24,000 nt of DNA from Methylotenera sp. G11. GTDB taxonomy: Bacteria; Pseudomonadota; Gammaproteobacteria; Burkholderiales; Methylophilaceae. The notes below the pieces were generated by a model, which did not search any database, was not told where the DNA came from, and saw only the letters and a program-made list of their open reading frames with translations. The stretch lies in assembly GCF_000799735.1 (NCBI RefSeq), contig NZ_JUHH01000001.1:2333387-2357386 (forward strand). The letters run 5' to 3'. The translations under genes and the position numbers were made by a program. Of the stretch, positions 8,087 through 17,505 are shown piece by piece (positions within the stretch are counted from its first letter, which is position 1; the number at the start of each line of letters is the position of its first letter).

Positions 8087-9143
8087 AGATATCCACCTTT
8101 ATACTTTCATAAATATTAAAAACATTGTCCGGGGTGCGATATTCCATCGTATTGATGATTAATTTCTTTTCCAGTTTTTCAAATCTGCTCTTAACAATAT
8201 CCCAGATTTTTCTGCCGATTGGCATGCCCAGGCAGGTGTGCACGCCTGTTGCAAAATAGATTTGTGCATAACTTGGAAATTCAGATTGCTGATAGCCTGC
8301 GGAATCAAGATAAAGCCTGACTCTTTGCCCGGATAATACATTGACCCCGCCCATTGTGTTATCCCTGATCGATATTCTTTCAATGACAGGCACGCCAGTC
8401 GAAGGGATTTCTGAGTCCCACGCGATATTACTGCATGATTTATCCTGGTTCTTTGAAAGTATATAAGCTACAGACTCAGTGATCGTCCCTATTAAAGAAT
8501 CCGCCCCCAGTGCCAATAACGATATACGGAAGTATTTATCATCATCGTTCATGTTTTCGGGAAATGAGTTAAGTATTTCCGCAATAATTTTATTTATTTG
8601 GATCCTTTTATTTAAAGACAGGGTCTCATCGAGAATCTGTGATAGCGAATCAAAGCTGATGTGTGGCGCTAGATTGTTGATTCCCGACAACACCAATAAA
8701 CATGCCGTTAACGAAGGTCTTAAAATATCCTTAACGATATCGGCCGACTGGTGAACGGATAGCAATTGCATTCTGCTATCCAGTACCGTGGTGAAAGTCT
8801 CTAACGCCGCATCTGAATTTTTCAGTATCTCAACAGCGGAGCGCTTGCGGATGGCTTTATGCGCATCCCCGTTCTTGGCTATAGGGAAATAATCAACCAG
8901 CCTTGAAACGTGCTGCAGTTCAAAATTGAATCTTTGCAGAATGGTGTCAATCTTGTAGTCATGCACCGCATAATTCGCATCGTTCAAGATCAATCTAATG
9001 GTATCGGGATTGCTGCACATCCAGCGGTTTAATTCTGGCGACCACCAAAGATTTTTATTATTTTTATATAAAATATTTTTATCTTTATTCTTGTGCAGCA
9101 GATAGTCTGAGCATTTATCTATCATCAGGCGGGCTTTGAACAT
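8079..9143 (-). CDS. Cytochrome P450 (short, 354 aa)
   Basis: The Cys-ligand loop FATGVHTCLGMPIGRK matches FxxGxHxCxG. An I-helix-like LALGADSLIGT carries the acid-alcohol pair. An ERISIRD...G..V..GQRV block precedes the haem loop. The start is an ATG at 9141-9143. A TATAAT on the minus strand (9160-9165) lies 16 nt upstream, and there is no obvious SD. Confidence 0.8.
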   Translation of the reverse strand: MFKARLMIDKCSDYLLHKNKDKNILYKNNKNLWWSPELNRWMCSNPDTIRLILNDANYAVHDYKIDTILQRFNFELQHVSRLVDYFPIAKNGDAHKAIRKRSAVEILKNSDAALETFTTVLDSRMQLLSVHQSADIVKDILRPSLTACLLVLSGINNLAPHISFDSLSQILDETLSLNKRIQINKIIAEILNSFPENMNDDDKYFRISLLALGADSLIGTITESVAYILSKNQDKSCSNIAWDSEIPSTGVPVIERISIRDNTMGGVNVLSGQRVRLYLDSAGYQQSEFPSYAQIYFATGVHTCLGMPIGRKIWDIVKSRFEKLEKKLIINTMEYRTPDNVFNIYESIKVDIYD

Positions 9144-9214
9144 TTTATTTTAATGAAACATTATATTCTGATAGCTGAATAAGCATTATTAATGATTGTT
9201 AATTTCATTAACTC

Positions 9215-9358
9215 AAGAAACAACAGGGCAGGCCACGATTTATTGCTTGGTTTCAATCGAGAGGTTTTTAGTGTGCCATGGCGTATATAAAGAAAACGCC
9301 CCACTCTTTCGAATAAGGCGTCTTTATTGGGAAAGAGTCACCAGCACACTCCCTTGTA
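9215..9358. repeat. att-like direct repeat, copy 1 (degenerate tRNA terminator plus pseudo tRNA 3' end)
   Basis: It aligns by eye with 10209-10358 over its whole length, with only a few substitutions or indels. It shares three elements with 17915-18006: the GGGCAGGCCACGATTTAT box, the hairpin AAAACGCCCCA.TCTTTCGAA..GGCGTCTTTATTGG, and GAAAGAG. Confidence 0.8.
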
Positions 9359-9547
9359 TGCATTATATTTATTGGACAGTAAAATTTTTTAGATTGCTTA
9401 ATCATAAGATGACTAATGATGTGACTGCTGGCTATATCATTACCGATGTGGAGAGGTTGCGTATCCCGATGCAAAAAATTACAGATTACATTACTGCACA
9501 ATTTGGCGTTAAACAGTCAGCTTTGATATTGCCACTTCAACGGCATG

Positions 9548-9576
9548 CCTAATTGTATTGACATCCGTAACGTTAC
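9548..9576 (+). promoter_or_regulatory. Putative higBA promoter with a palindromic operator
   Basis: TTGACA (9548-9553), a 17-nt spacer, then TACAGT (9571-9576). The spacer contains the perfect palindrome GTAACGTTAC (9557-9566). It lies 32 nt upstream of the higB ATG. Confidence 0.55.
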
Positions 9577-9607
9577 GCGTTACAGTATTTAAAATTGTAA
9601 ATAAAAA

Positions 9608-9886
9608 ATGATTAAAACATTCAAACATAAAGGGCTCAAAGATTTCTTTGAGAGTGGAAGCAAAGCGGGGATAAGACCCGATCACGCTTCTAAATTAAGT
9701 CGCCAGTTAGTGCGTTTAGATATTGCTAAAGCACCTGCGGATATGAATTTACCAGGATGGAGGCTTCATTCTTTAGAAGGTGAGTTAGCTGGACATTATG
9801 CCGTAACGGTAAACGGTAACTGGCGAATGACTTTTATGTTTGACGGTGAAGATGCGATCCTGGTGGATTATCAGGACTATCACTAG
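9608..9886 (+). CDS. higB: HigB-family (RelE/ParE superfamily) toxin
   Basis: It is 92 aa. MIKTFKHKGLKDFFESGSKAGI...GWRLHSLEGELAGHYAVTVNGNWRMTFMF...LVDYQDYH is the typical plasmid-maintenance killer HigB pattern. The toxin gene precedes the antitoxin gene, as in hig loci. Confidence 0.85.
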   Translation: MIKTFKHKGLKDFFESGSKAGIRPDHASKLSRQLVRLDIAKAPADMNLPGWRLHSLEGELAGHYAVTVNGNWRMTFMFDGEDAILVDYQDYH

Positions 9887-9898
9887 AAAGGAATTGAT

Positions 9899-10204
9899 AT
9901 GAGCAGAATGCATAATCCGCCACATCCTGGCGAAACTTTGAGAGAAGATATTCTCCCCGCCCTCGGCTTGAGCGTGACCGAGGCAGCAGATCAACTTGGT
10001 GTTGCTCGCCCATCTTTATCACGTGTGCTTAACGGACACGCCGCTATTTCACCTGAGATGGCTTTACGTATAGAAAAATGGCTAGGTATCGAGAATGGCG
10101 GCAGTGCCAACTTATGGTTGGCAGCACAAGCTTCTTATGATTTGTGGCAAGCCAGAAGTAAATTCAATGCGAAGGTGAAGCCTGCTGAACTGCAGGCAGC
10201 TTAA
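9899..10204 (+). CDS. higA: HigA antitoxin (XRE-type HTH)
   Basis: It is 101 aa. The N-terminus is [60 protein letters not shown] lies upstream of the ATG at 9899, and the gene starts 12 nt after the higB stop. Confidence 0.85.
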   Translation: MSRMHNPPHPGETLREDILPALGLSVTEAADQLGVARPSLSRVLNGHAAISPEMALRIEKWLGIENGGSANLWLAAQASYDLWQARSKFNAKVKPAELQAA

Positions 10205-10208
10205 ATTT

Positions 10209-10358
10209 AAGAAATAGCAGGGGGCAGGCCACGATTTATTGCTTGGTTTTAATCGAGAGGTTTTTAGTGTGCCATGGCGTATAAATGAAAACGCCCCAAT
10301 CTTTCGAAAGGGGCGTCTTTATTGGTGGGAAAGAGTCAACCAAACAAACTCTTGCAAG
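10209..10358. repeat. att-like direct repeat, copy 2 (terminator-like hairpin plus pseudo tRNA 3' end)
   Basis: It starts 5 nt after the higA stop. It contains the box GGGGCAGGCCACGATTTAT (10221-10239), the hairpin ACGCCCC...GGGGCGT (10281-10306), and TTATTGGTGG-GAAAGAG. That last string matches the tRNA 3' end TGGTGGTGAAAGAG apart from a 1-nt deletion. Read on the minus strand, the hairpin lies about 145 nt downstream of the hsdR stop and could terminate the hsd operon. Confidence 0.8.
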
Positions 10359-10451
10359 CCATTAGATCAATGGGTTGATGCTGCCTTAAATTTTATAAAT
10401 ACCGTCATGACGTATTCTCAACTTGGATGGCGAAGCAGTGTTTGTCTAACA

Positions 10452-13400
10452 TCAAACCTGCCCGCCCACACCTTTAAACTTCTCAACAAAAGCAGAAATT
10501 TTTTGGAATACGCTCTGCTTCTTTGTTAGATACTGTGGGTTCAGTGGGCTCATCTTTGGTAAAACAGCATTAAGTTCTGTGCCATTTTCACTGGCATACT
10601 CACGTCTTAATGATGCCGCGATATAGCGCTTGGCAGCTTCAGCATTGAGACTCTCAGCAGCAATCAAAGCTTCAGCCTCACGTTGTTGCTCAGCTTGTGC
10701 AAATGCGAAGAAAGCTTCAATGATGCTAGCTTTGTCTAAAATCTCGTCCAAGTTGGTTTGATTAATAAAATCAACAATCAGACTTTCTTTGGCGCGGTTG
10801 CCTATGCTTGCACGAATAACTCGCCGAGCTTCCTCAACCAGTGAGGCCTTATCTTTTATCTTTTTATTATGTTCAAAAATCAGCTCAAGGATGTAATCCA
10901 GATTGATTTCTTGTGATCTAAGCAAGTCCACTTCAAAAACAACATCATCCCAATCAATGGTAGAAGCATCTTTTTCATTGGCTGCTTTTTCACGGCGGAG
11001 CCAGTCGCGAATATCGTTATACGTTGAACGATAATCTTGAATGGTACGCTCGGCTGGTACCTTAATCGCTTGCATGACTGCCAAATCATCATCGCTTAAA
11101 TAGTATTTAGCTTTAAAGGCTTCTACAGCCTTAGCGTCACTTAAATCCAGACCTTGCAAGTCTTTCAAGCTGGCAAACTCATCGTAGTTTTGTAGAATAT
11201 TTTCAACGCGTAAATACTCCCCAAACAACTTGGCAAAATCTTTTTTATCTTGTTCTTTAACAATCTCGTCAGGGTTAGGGAAGCGCGCTTGCAGCTCTGT
11301 CACCACGTCCAAATAACCGCGTCGTGCTTCACCCGTCGCTACATCGGTATAGCCTTCCATATATTCTTTGTAGCTCTTCTCCAGCACCACATTTCTAGTA
11401 TTGTTGTCGCCAAACAGGGTAATCGCATCAATCGTGGCTTGTTCTAAATCTCTAAACGTCACAATATTGCCAAAGGTCTTAGTGGCATCATAAATACGAT
11501 TGGTGCGTGAATAGGCTTGCATCAAACCGTGAAAACGTAGGTTTTTATCTACGAACAAGGTGTTCAAGGTGGGGGCATCAAAGCCAGTTAAAAACATACC
11601 CACCACAATCAGTAAATCTACTTCCTGATTCTTTACCTTTAAGGCAAGGTCGCGGTAGTAGTTTTGAAACTCTTTGCTATCAACGCCAAAATTAGTCTTA
11701 AACATAGCGTTGTAATCAGTAATCGCAGCACTTAAAAACTCTTTGGCGCTACTATCCATTGCTGAAGGTTCAAAACTCTCCTCAACAATATCGCCTACTG
11801 CGTCTTGCTCTTCATTAGCAGCAAAGGAGAAAATTGTTGCAATTTTGAGTGGTCTTGCACTTTCTTTCTGCAAGTTCTTTATCGACTCATAATACAACTT
11901 GGCAGCATCCACACTGCTTACGGCAAACATGGCATTAAAGCCTTTTCCATTTGCACTTAAACGATGTGTTTTTTGCCTAAAGTTATTTAAGATGTACTGC
12001 GAAATCTCCTTAATGCGGTCAGGGTGCAACAGGGCTTGCTTGTTTTCTGCGGCCGTGAGTTTTTTTTCATTTTGCTCAGACTCAATCGCCTTAAACTGTG
12101 GGCGCACATCGTTGTAGTCCACCTTGAACTTGAGCACCTTCTCATCGCGTATCGCATCGGTAATCACATACGAATGCAGCTCACGCCCAAACACACTGGC
12201 AGTAGTCTCTGCCCCCAAAGCGTTTTTAGGAAAAATTGGCGTACCTGTAAACCCAAACTGGAAGAACTTTTTAAACTTCTTGTTTAGGTTTTTTTGAGCT
12301 TCACCAAATTGGCTTCTGTGGCATTCATCAAAAATAAACACCACTTGCTGGTTGTAAATCGGCAAGTCACCTTCGCTTTTCATCAAGTTATTAAGTTTTT
12401 GAATGGTGGTGACGATGATTTTATTATCATCTTTCTCAAGGTTACGCTTGAGCCCCGCAGTGCTGTCAGAACCATTGACGCTATCAGGTGAAAAGCGCTG
12501 ATACTCCTTCATGGTTTGGTAATCGAGGTCTTTGCGGTCAACCACAAAGAAAACCTTTTCAACAAAAGCCAGCTCCGTCGCCAAACGTGCTGCTTTAAAG
12601 CTAGTTAAGGTCTTACCCGATCCTGTGGTGTGCCAAACATAGCCACTGCCTTCCAGCGTACTCCAGCTTTTGCTTTGGTAGGCGCAATTGATTTTCCACA
12701 AAATACGCTCAGTCGCCGCAATTTGGTAAGGGCGCATTACCAGCAATGTGTCGCTTACATCAAACACCGAGTAAGTCAGCAACACATTGAGCAAGGTATT
12801 TTTTTGAAAAAACGTGGCGGTAAAGTCTTTTAAGTCTTTAATCAAGGTGTTGTCAGACTTCGCCCAATTCATGGTGAAATCAAAACTGTTTTTATCGCGC
12901 TTGGTGGTGTTGGCAAAATAACGGCTATCCGTGCCGTTAGAAATCACGAAAATCTGCAAATACTTAAATAGTGAGTTTTCAGTATTAAAGCTTTCTTTGC
13001 TGTAGCGATGTACCTGATTAAACGCCTCGCGTATCGCTACCCCGCGTTTTTTTAGCTCCACTTGCACCAAAGGCAAGCCATTCACCAACACCGTAACATC
13101 GTAGCGGTTAGCCTGCGTACCTTTTTGCTCAAACTGGCGAATCACCTGCACTTTATTACGAGCAATATTCTTTTTATCTAACAGGTAAATGTTCTGGATA
13201 TGACCATCATCAAACACAAAATCGTGGATGTAGTTGTCATGAATTTTTCGGGTTTTGTCGGTAATGCTATCGCTAGGTTTGTCTAAGTAGGTTTCAATAA
13301 AACGCTGCCATTCACCGTCTAAAAATTGCACTTTATTCAGCGTTTGTAGCTGTTCACGCACATTGGCAAGCATCGCCTTGCTGGTTTTTAAGTCGTGCAA

Positions 13401-13550
13401 GTATTCATAGCCTTGTTTCTGCAAGTCAGCAATAAACTCACGTTCTAAATCATATTCACTTTGATAAGATTGGTTGACCTGCCATTCCTTTGTGTATTTA
13501 TCTAAAACGATAAAATTGGTGGATTCAGCAATCGTTTTGTAATCACTCAT
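10452..13550 (-). CDS. hsdR: Type I (family IC) restriction enzyme R subunit
   Basis: Helicase motif I is [11 protein letters not shown] and the DEAH-type motif is [12 protein letters not shown]. Long stretches match the EcoR124I-type HsdR sequence as I recall it ([49 protein letters not shown], and the C-terminal FKGVGG). The chosen start is the ATG at 13548-13550 ([10 protein letters not shown]...), which overlaps the prrC stop as ATGAGTGA. The ORF track extends to 13583. Confidence 0.93.
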   Translation of the reverse strand: MSDYKTIAESTNFIVLDKYTKEWQVNQSYQSEYDLEREFIADLQKQGYEYLHDLKTSKAMLANVREQLQTLNKVQFLDGEWQRFIETYLDKPSDSITDKTRKIHDNYIHDFVFDDGHIQNIYLLDKKNIARNKVQVIRQFEQKGTQANRYDVTVLVNGLPLVQVELKKRGVAIREAFNQVHRYSKESFNTENSLFKYLQIFVISNGTDSRYFANTTKRDKNSFDFTMNWAKSDNTLIKDLKDFTATFFQKNTLLNVLLTYSVFDVSDTLLVMRPYQIAATERILWKINCAYQSKSWSTLEGSGYVWHTTGSGKTLTSFKAARLATELAFVEKVFFVVDRKDLDYQTMKEYQRFSPDSVNGSDSTAGLKRNLEKDDNKIIVTTIQKLNNLMKSEGDLPIYNQQVVFIFDECHRSQFGEAQKNLNKKFKKFFQFGFTGTPIFPKNALGAETTASVFGRELHSYVITDAIRDEKVLKFKVDYNDVRPQFKAIESEQNEKKLTAAENKQALLHPDRIKEISQYILNNFRQKTHRLSANGKGFNAMFAVSSVDAAKLYYESIKNLQKESARPLKIATIFSFAANEEQDAVGDIVEESFEPSAMDSSAKEFLSAAITDYNAMFKTNFGVDSKEFQNYYRDLALKVKNQEVDLLIVVGMFLTGFDAPTLNTLFVDKNLRFHGLMQAYSRTNRIYDATKTFGNIVTFRDLEQATIDAITLFGDNNTRNVVLEKSYKEYMEGYTDVATGEARRGYLDVVTELQARFPNPDEIVKEQDKKDFAKLFGEYLRVENILQNYDEFASLKDLQGLDLSDAKAVEAFKAKYYLSDDDLAVMQAIKVPAERTIQDYRSTYNDIRDWLRREKAANEKDASTIDWDDVVFEVDLLRSQEINLDYILELIFEHNKKIKDKASLVEEARRVIRASIGNRAKESLIVDFINQTNLDEILDKASIIEAFFAFAQAEQQREAEALIAAESLNAEAAKRYIAASLRREYASENGTELNAVLPKMSPLNPQYLTKKQSVFQKISAFVEKFKGVGGQV

Positions 13551-14727
13551 TTTGTGCATTCTGTTTCCTGAATCCATATTCACTACTTAAAAAATTAACG
13601 AGCTCTTCTAGTTTTTCTTTATCCTTTGCTCCTACTTCACCAGTCTCTTCACCCGCGTGTGCAGAATGACTTGAAAGGTTTAGAAGTCGATTGGCAAAAA
13701 CGTCTGGATTACCGTCCGCTTCTTTGGGTAGAAGATTTTCCCATTTATCATGGCCTAAAAAAGTAGTTGTTTTTTCCAAGATATTTCTCAGAAAGTTAAA
13801 GTGGTATTTTCTAATTTGGTTGCTACTAATAGCGTCTCTAATCTCAGATAGCAAAAGCAAGTGATATGAAAATGGCGTTTTACCGTCTAGCTTCGTGAGA
13901 ACAAATGTCCCATCAGCACTCTTATCCAAACGGGATTTTTGTGCCTCCGCTGGTCTATATTTCCACTCAATGTTGTCAGCAGTTGGGTCTTTAGCCAGCT
14001 TGTTATTAAACTCATTGGAGAGGACATTATAAAAAAGTGGGTTATGTGTCGTGATGATAAATTTTAAGTCAGCAGAACAATTTTTAACCAGCTTCGCTAA
14101 ATCAACTGCCAACTCAATTAGATGATTATCATCGAGTGAACTCACAGGGTCATCAATGAACACATACTCTAATTTATTGAAATCATTGGTGCTTCTATCA
14201 TCTTCAGGGCTACTTAGCTCCTCTACAATCAGATCTAAAAGGCTATAAAAAATGCACCAAATCAGATTACTTTCTTCACCCTTAGAAATCTTAATGGGGA
14301 CTCTATGCTCGTCACCTCGTATTGCAAAGTAAATCTCAGTGAAATCATCACTAAATTTAGGCTCAATGTTGGTATTCGTTAGCCTTTGAAAGTGATCAAT
14401 TATTTTTGGACCTTGTCCTTGTTCTTCGAGTACCCATTTGGTGAAAACGTTGGGGTGGATTTTTAGCTTTCTATCTTGATCACCGTTTAAGTCGTTATCC
14501 CAATAAAACAGGTCTTCGGTGAAGGCGTTGTAATAAAGAATATTTTTACGTGACAGCTCTGATGCTTCGGCATTATCTTCCTCTTCAGCATCATTTTCTT
14601 CTGCAAGTGGGTTCTTGAACTCTAGAGAAAGGCGCGTTTTGCCAGTGCCATTAAAGGCATAGATAAGTTGAACCTTTTTATTGGCATCCTTCAGTTGCTG
14701 GGCAATTTCAGTTAATGTCTGTCCCAT
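13543..14727 (-). CDS. prrC: PrrC anticodon nuclease (tRNA-Lys ACNase, abortive-infection effector)
   Basis: It sits between hsdS and hsdR. The N-terminal NTPase has [18 protein letters not shown] (Walker A), ISKGEESN (ABC-signature-like) and [21 protein letters not shown] (Walker B region). The C-terminal nuclease region keeps the R-x3-E pair (FLRNILEKT) and a downstream His (LSSHSAH), which I recall as the catalytic triad. The overall sequence closely follows E. coli PrrC as I recall it. The ATG lies 1 nt after the hsdS stop (TAGCATG). Confidence 0.88.
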   Translation of the reverse strand: MGQTLTEIAQQLKDANKKVQLIYAFNGTGKTRLSLEFKNPLAEENDAEEEDNAEASELSRKNILYYNAFTEDLFYWDNDLNGDQDRKLKIHPNVFTKWVLEEQGQGPKIIDHFQRLTNTNIEPKFSDDFTEIYFAIRGDEHRVPIKISKGEESNLIWCIFYSLLDLIVEELSSPEDDRSTNDFNKLEYVFIDDPVSSLDDNHLIELAVDLAKLVKNCSADLKFIITTHNPLFYNVLSNEFNNKLAKDPTADNIEWKYRPAEAQKSRLDKSADGTFVLTKLDGKTPFSYHLLLLSEIRDAISSNQIRKYHFNFLRNILEKTTTFLGHDKWENLLPKEADGNPDVFANRLLNLSSHSAHAGEETGEVGAKDKEKLEELVNFLSSEYGFRKQNAQNE

Positions 14728-14728
14728 G

Positions 14729-15952
14729 CTATGCCGCTACTTCTTCAGGCTTGGGAAAGTTCAACAGCAAATTGCGGTAATACTCGTATTGCTTCTGGCG
14801 CAATGCAATTTCGCGGGGCAAGCCTTCAGTGAGGGAATTGGTCAGGGCGTCGAATTTGTCGAGGATGGCGACGATGCGGATTTTCTCTGAAGGTGAAGGA
14901 TTTGGAATGGAGATGTTGTTTAAGTTCTTTTGGTTTAATTTAGGTTGAGCTGCCCCTGAGATGTATGGCGTTAAGTCCATATTATTTAGATAGAACTCAA
15001 CAAATCTTCGCTCTGCATATGTATTGAATTTAAGCACGTGGGCGTGATTATTTACCCAGCTTTTACCGCTTATACTAAATGCTATCGGTGTGCTTCTAGC
15101 AACTAAATTTGCACCATCTTCTGAAACAAGTAAATAATCACCATCAAAAATATAGTCTTTTACATAATCAACTATTCCAGATGCACCGTAATAAGGAATT
15201 TCACCTGCATCTCTTAAACCGCTGGTTATAGGTTTACGCATCGAATCAAGATTCTCTGCAAGTTCCCCCAAAGTTTTCCACTCGACTTCCCCCTCTTCAA
15301 AACTCAACAACTGGTCGCGGTAATAGTTGTATTGTTTTTTTCGGGCTGTAAGCTCCGCTGTAAGCTCCGCTGTAAGCTCCGCTGTAAGCTCCGTAAAACT
15401 GTCCAAAATGTGGACAATTTCCGCTTGAATTTCAAGCGATTTTTTTTGGTTTTCTGGGCAGGGAATGGGGATTTTTATATCAAGAACAGCAGCCATATTC
15501 GGGTGCTTTATCCCTGAGCCTCTATAAAATGAACTTAATATTTCAAGGTTGTTCAGCAAAAAATAGTAGAGAAATTTGGTGTTCAAGTAATTTGTGTCAT
15601 TAGAAGTTGCAATACGGTTGTCTGATGTTAAAAACTTTCCTTTAAAGTACTGAACTACTGCATCCCCACCCCAAGGAATAGCTATAACCTCACCATCGCT
15701 AACTTTATCTCCAGCCAGTTCCTCTGTTGTGTATTTATTCGATATGTTTGTTGTTAATAGCTTTACATTGCCGTCTATAGTTACCAATGAATTTAGCTCT
15801 TTGGCAAGGAAATAGTGGTATTTGATAACATTGGGTTGCTTATGACTTTCAACTGCATTAAATTTTTTGTCCCACGTCGTGACTTCCCAGAGTGCTCTCC
15901 ATTCCACCTCGACCCCATCCAGCAGCCTGTCCATAAATTTCACGCTGCTCAT
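14729..15952 (-). CDS. hsdS: Type IC restriction-modification specificity subunit
   Basis: There are two variable target-recognition halves. They are separated by a central conserved region (ILDSFTELTAELTAELTAELTARKKQYNYYRDQLLSF), with a matching C-terminal conserved region (ILDKFDALTNSLTEGLPREIALRQKQYEYYRNLLLNF). The ATG lies 2 nt after the hsdM stop. Confidence 0.92.
   Translation of the reverse strand: MSSVKFMDRLLDGVEVEWRALWEVTTWDKKFNAVESHKQPNVIKYHYFLAKELNSLVTIDGNVKLLTTNISNKYTTEELAGDKVSDGEVIAIPWGGDAVVQYFKGKFLTSDNRIATSNDTNYLNTKFLYYFLLNNLEILSSFYRGSGIKHPNMAAVLDIKIPIPCPENQKKSLEIQAEIVHILDSFTELTAELTAELTAELTARKKQYNYYRDQLLSFEEGEVEWKTLGELAENLDSMRKPITSGLRDAGEIPYYGASGIVDYVKDYIFDGDYLLVSEDGANLVARSTPIAFSISGKSWVNNHAHVLKFNTYAERRFVEFYLNNMDLTPYISGAAQPKLNQKNLNNISIPNPSPSEKIRIVAILDKFDALTNSLTEGLPREIALRQKQYEYYRNLLLNFPKPEEVAA
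15345..15392. repeat. Four perfect tandem copies of a 12-bp unit (GCTGTAAGCTCC) inside hsdS, encoding (ELTA)x4
   Basis: Units were read directly at 15345-15356, 15357-15368, 15369-15380 and 15381-15392. The repeat is in frame and lies in the central conserved region of HsdS. Confidence 0.97.
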
Positions 15953-15954
15953 GC

Positions 15955-17505
15955 CTACAGCTCCTCGCCTTCAATCTCGGTGACGATGGCATCAATCTCT
16001 TTGCGTAGCTGGTCAATTTTAGCCACGGTGGTTTTCAGCTCTGCATTGAGCTGAGCAATGTCCACCACTTCGCGGTTGTCTTTGGCTTCGACATAGCTGC
16101 TCACCGATAGGTTGTAATCGTTGGCGGCCACCTGCTCAAAGGGTACAGATTTGGCGAGGTGATCGATATTCATCTTGCTATCAAAAACCTGCATAATTTG
16201 TTCAATATGAGCATCGGTGAGGATATTGTTATTGGTTTCTTTTTTAAACAGGCCGCTGGCCTCAATAAACTGGGTGTTGGTGTCGGTTTTGTGTTTGGAG
16301 AGCACCAGAATAGTGACGGCGATGGTGGTACCAAAAAACAAATTGGGCGCGAGCGAAATAATGGTTTCAACATAATTGTTATCAACCAGGTATTTGCGTA
16401 TTTTTTGCTCAGCTCCGCCACGGTAAAAAATACCCGGAAAGCAGACAATGGCAGCACGGCCTTTGCTAGATAAATAACTGAGCGCATGCAGTACAAAGGC
16501 GAAGTCCGCCTTGGATTTTGGTGCCAACACACCTGCGGGGGCAAAGCGCTCATCGTTAATCAGCGTGGGGTCGTCGCTACCTATCCAATTGACTGAATAA
16601 GGCGGGTTGGAGACGATGGCATCAAAGGGCTTTTCATCGCCAAAATGCGGGTCTAATAAGGTATTACCCAGCGCAATATCAAACTTGTCGTAGTTGATGT
16701 TGTGCAAAAACATATTCATCCGTGCCAAGTTGTAGGTGGTGTGGTTGATCTCCTGACCAAAAAAGCCTTCTTCAATGATATGGTCGTCAAATTGTTTTTT
16801 TGCTTGCAGCAATAGCGAGCCCGAACCCGCCGCTGGGTCATAAATTTTATTGACGCTGGTTTGTTTGTGCATGGCCAGTTGTGCAATGAGTTTAGACACA
16901 TGCTGTGGTGTGAAAAACTCACCGCCTGACTTACCTGCATTGGCGGCATAGTTGGAAATTAAAAACTCGTAGGCATCGCCAAACAGGTCGATTTTGTTAT
17001 CTTCAAAATTGCCAAAACGAAGACCTTCAACGCCTTTGAGCACCGCAGCCAATCGCATGTTTTTATCTTTAACGGTGTTACCTAGGCGATTGCTGGTGGT
17101 GTCAAAATCCGCAAATAAGCCTTTAATATCTTCTTCTGATGGGTAGCCGTTAGCTGAGCTTTCTATCGCGGAGAAGATGTTGGCTAAATCGGTATTTAAA
17201 CTTTCATTGGTATTGGCCTTGGCGGCAACATTGGTAAATAGCTGACTAGGGTAAATGAAATACCCCTTGGTTTTAATAGCATCGTCTTTTATTTCTGCGG
17301 TGATCACGTCATCACCGAGCTTGGCATAATCGATGCTATCATCGCCACCTTCGATGTAGTTAGCAAAGTTTTCGCTGATAAAGCGATAGAACAATGTGCC
17401 GAGTACATATTGCTTAAAATCCCAGCCATCGACAGAGCCACGCACATCATTGGCAATTTGCCAAATTTGGCGTTGCAGTTCGGCGCGTTGTTGGATGCTT
17501 GTCAT
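15955..17505 (-). CDS. hsdM: Type IC restriction-modification N6-adenine DNA methyltransferase subunit
   Basis: The catalytic motif IVSNPPYS and the AdoMet motif [13 protein letters not shown] are present. The N-terminus [33 protein letters not shown] matches EcoR124I-type HsdM as recalled. Confidence 0.93.
   Translation of the reverse strand: MTSIQQRAELQRQIWQIANDVRGSVDGWDFKQYVLGTLFYRFISENFANYIEGGDDSIDYAKLGDDVITAEIKDDAIKTKGYFIYPSQLFTNVAAKANTNESLNTDLANIFSAIESSANGYPSEEDIKGLFADFDTTSNRLGNTVKDKNMRLAAVLKGVEGLRFGNFEDNKIDLFGDAYEFLISNYAANAGKSGGEFFTPQHVSKLIAQLAMHKQTSVNKIYDPAAGSGSLLLQAKKQFDDHIIEEGFFGQEINHTTYNLARMNMFLHNINYDKFDIALGNTLLDPHFGDEKPFDAIVSNPPYSVNWIGSDDPTLINDERFAPAGVLAPKSKADFAFVLHALSYLSSKGRAAIVCFPGIFYRGGAEQKIRKYLVDNNYVETIISLAPNLFFGTTIAVTILVLSKHKTDTNTQFIEASGLFKKETNNNILTDAHIEQIMQVFDSKMNIDHLAKSVPFEQVAANDYNLSVSSYVEAKDNREVVDIAQLNAELKTTVAKIDQLRKEIDAIVTEIEGEEL

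Noticed and set aside
9196-9552. 118-aa plus-strand ORF, and its counterpart at 10239-10529 (96 aa)
   Set aside because: Both begin inside the att-like repeats. Their similar N-terminal sequences (…ENAPLFRIRRLYWERV… versus …ENAPIFRKGRLYWWERV…) are simply translations of the repeated terminator and pseudo-tRNA DNA. The second ORF also runs antisense into the 3' end of hsdR. A shorter 47-codon ATG ORF (9409-9552) remains possible but has no recognisable features.
13551-13583. The longer hsdR start at 13583 given by the ORF track
   Set aside because: The extra 11 codons overlap the prrC 3' end by 41 nt. The ATG at 13548-13550 gives the N-terminus ([19 protein letters not shown]) that matches the EcoR124I-type HsdR N-terminus as recalled, and it forms an ATGAGTGA coupling junction. 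I therefore preferred the downstream start.
15345-15392. Considered whether the regular 12-bp repeats could be a mini CRISPR-like or microsatellite locus
   Set aside because: There are no spacers. The units are contiguous, in frame, and at the known TAEL-repeat position of type IC HsdS.
15332-15517. 61-aa plus-strand ORF with CKLRCKLRCKLRCKLR repeats
   Set aside because: It is the antisense translation of the 12-bp hsdS repeat. The hsdS frame is the one supported by conserved HsdS regions on both sides.
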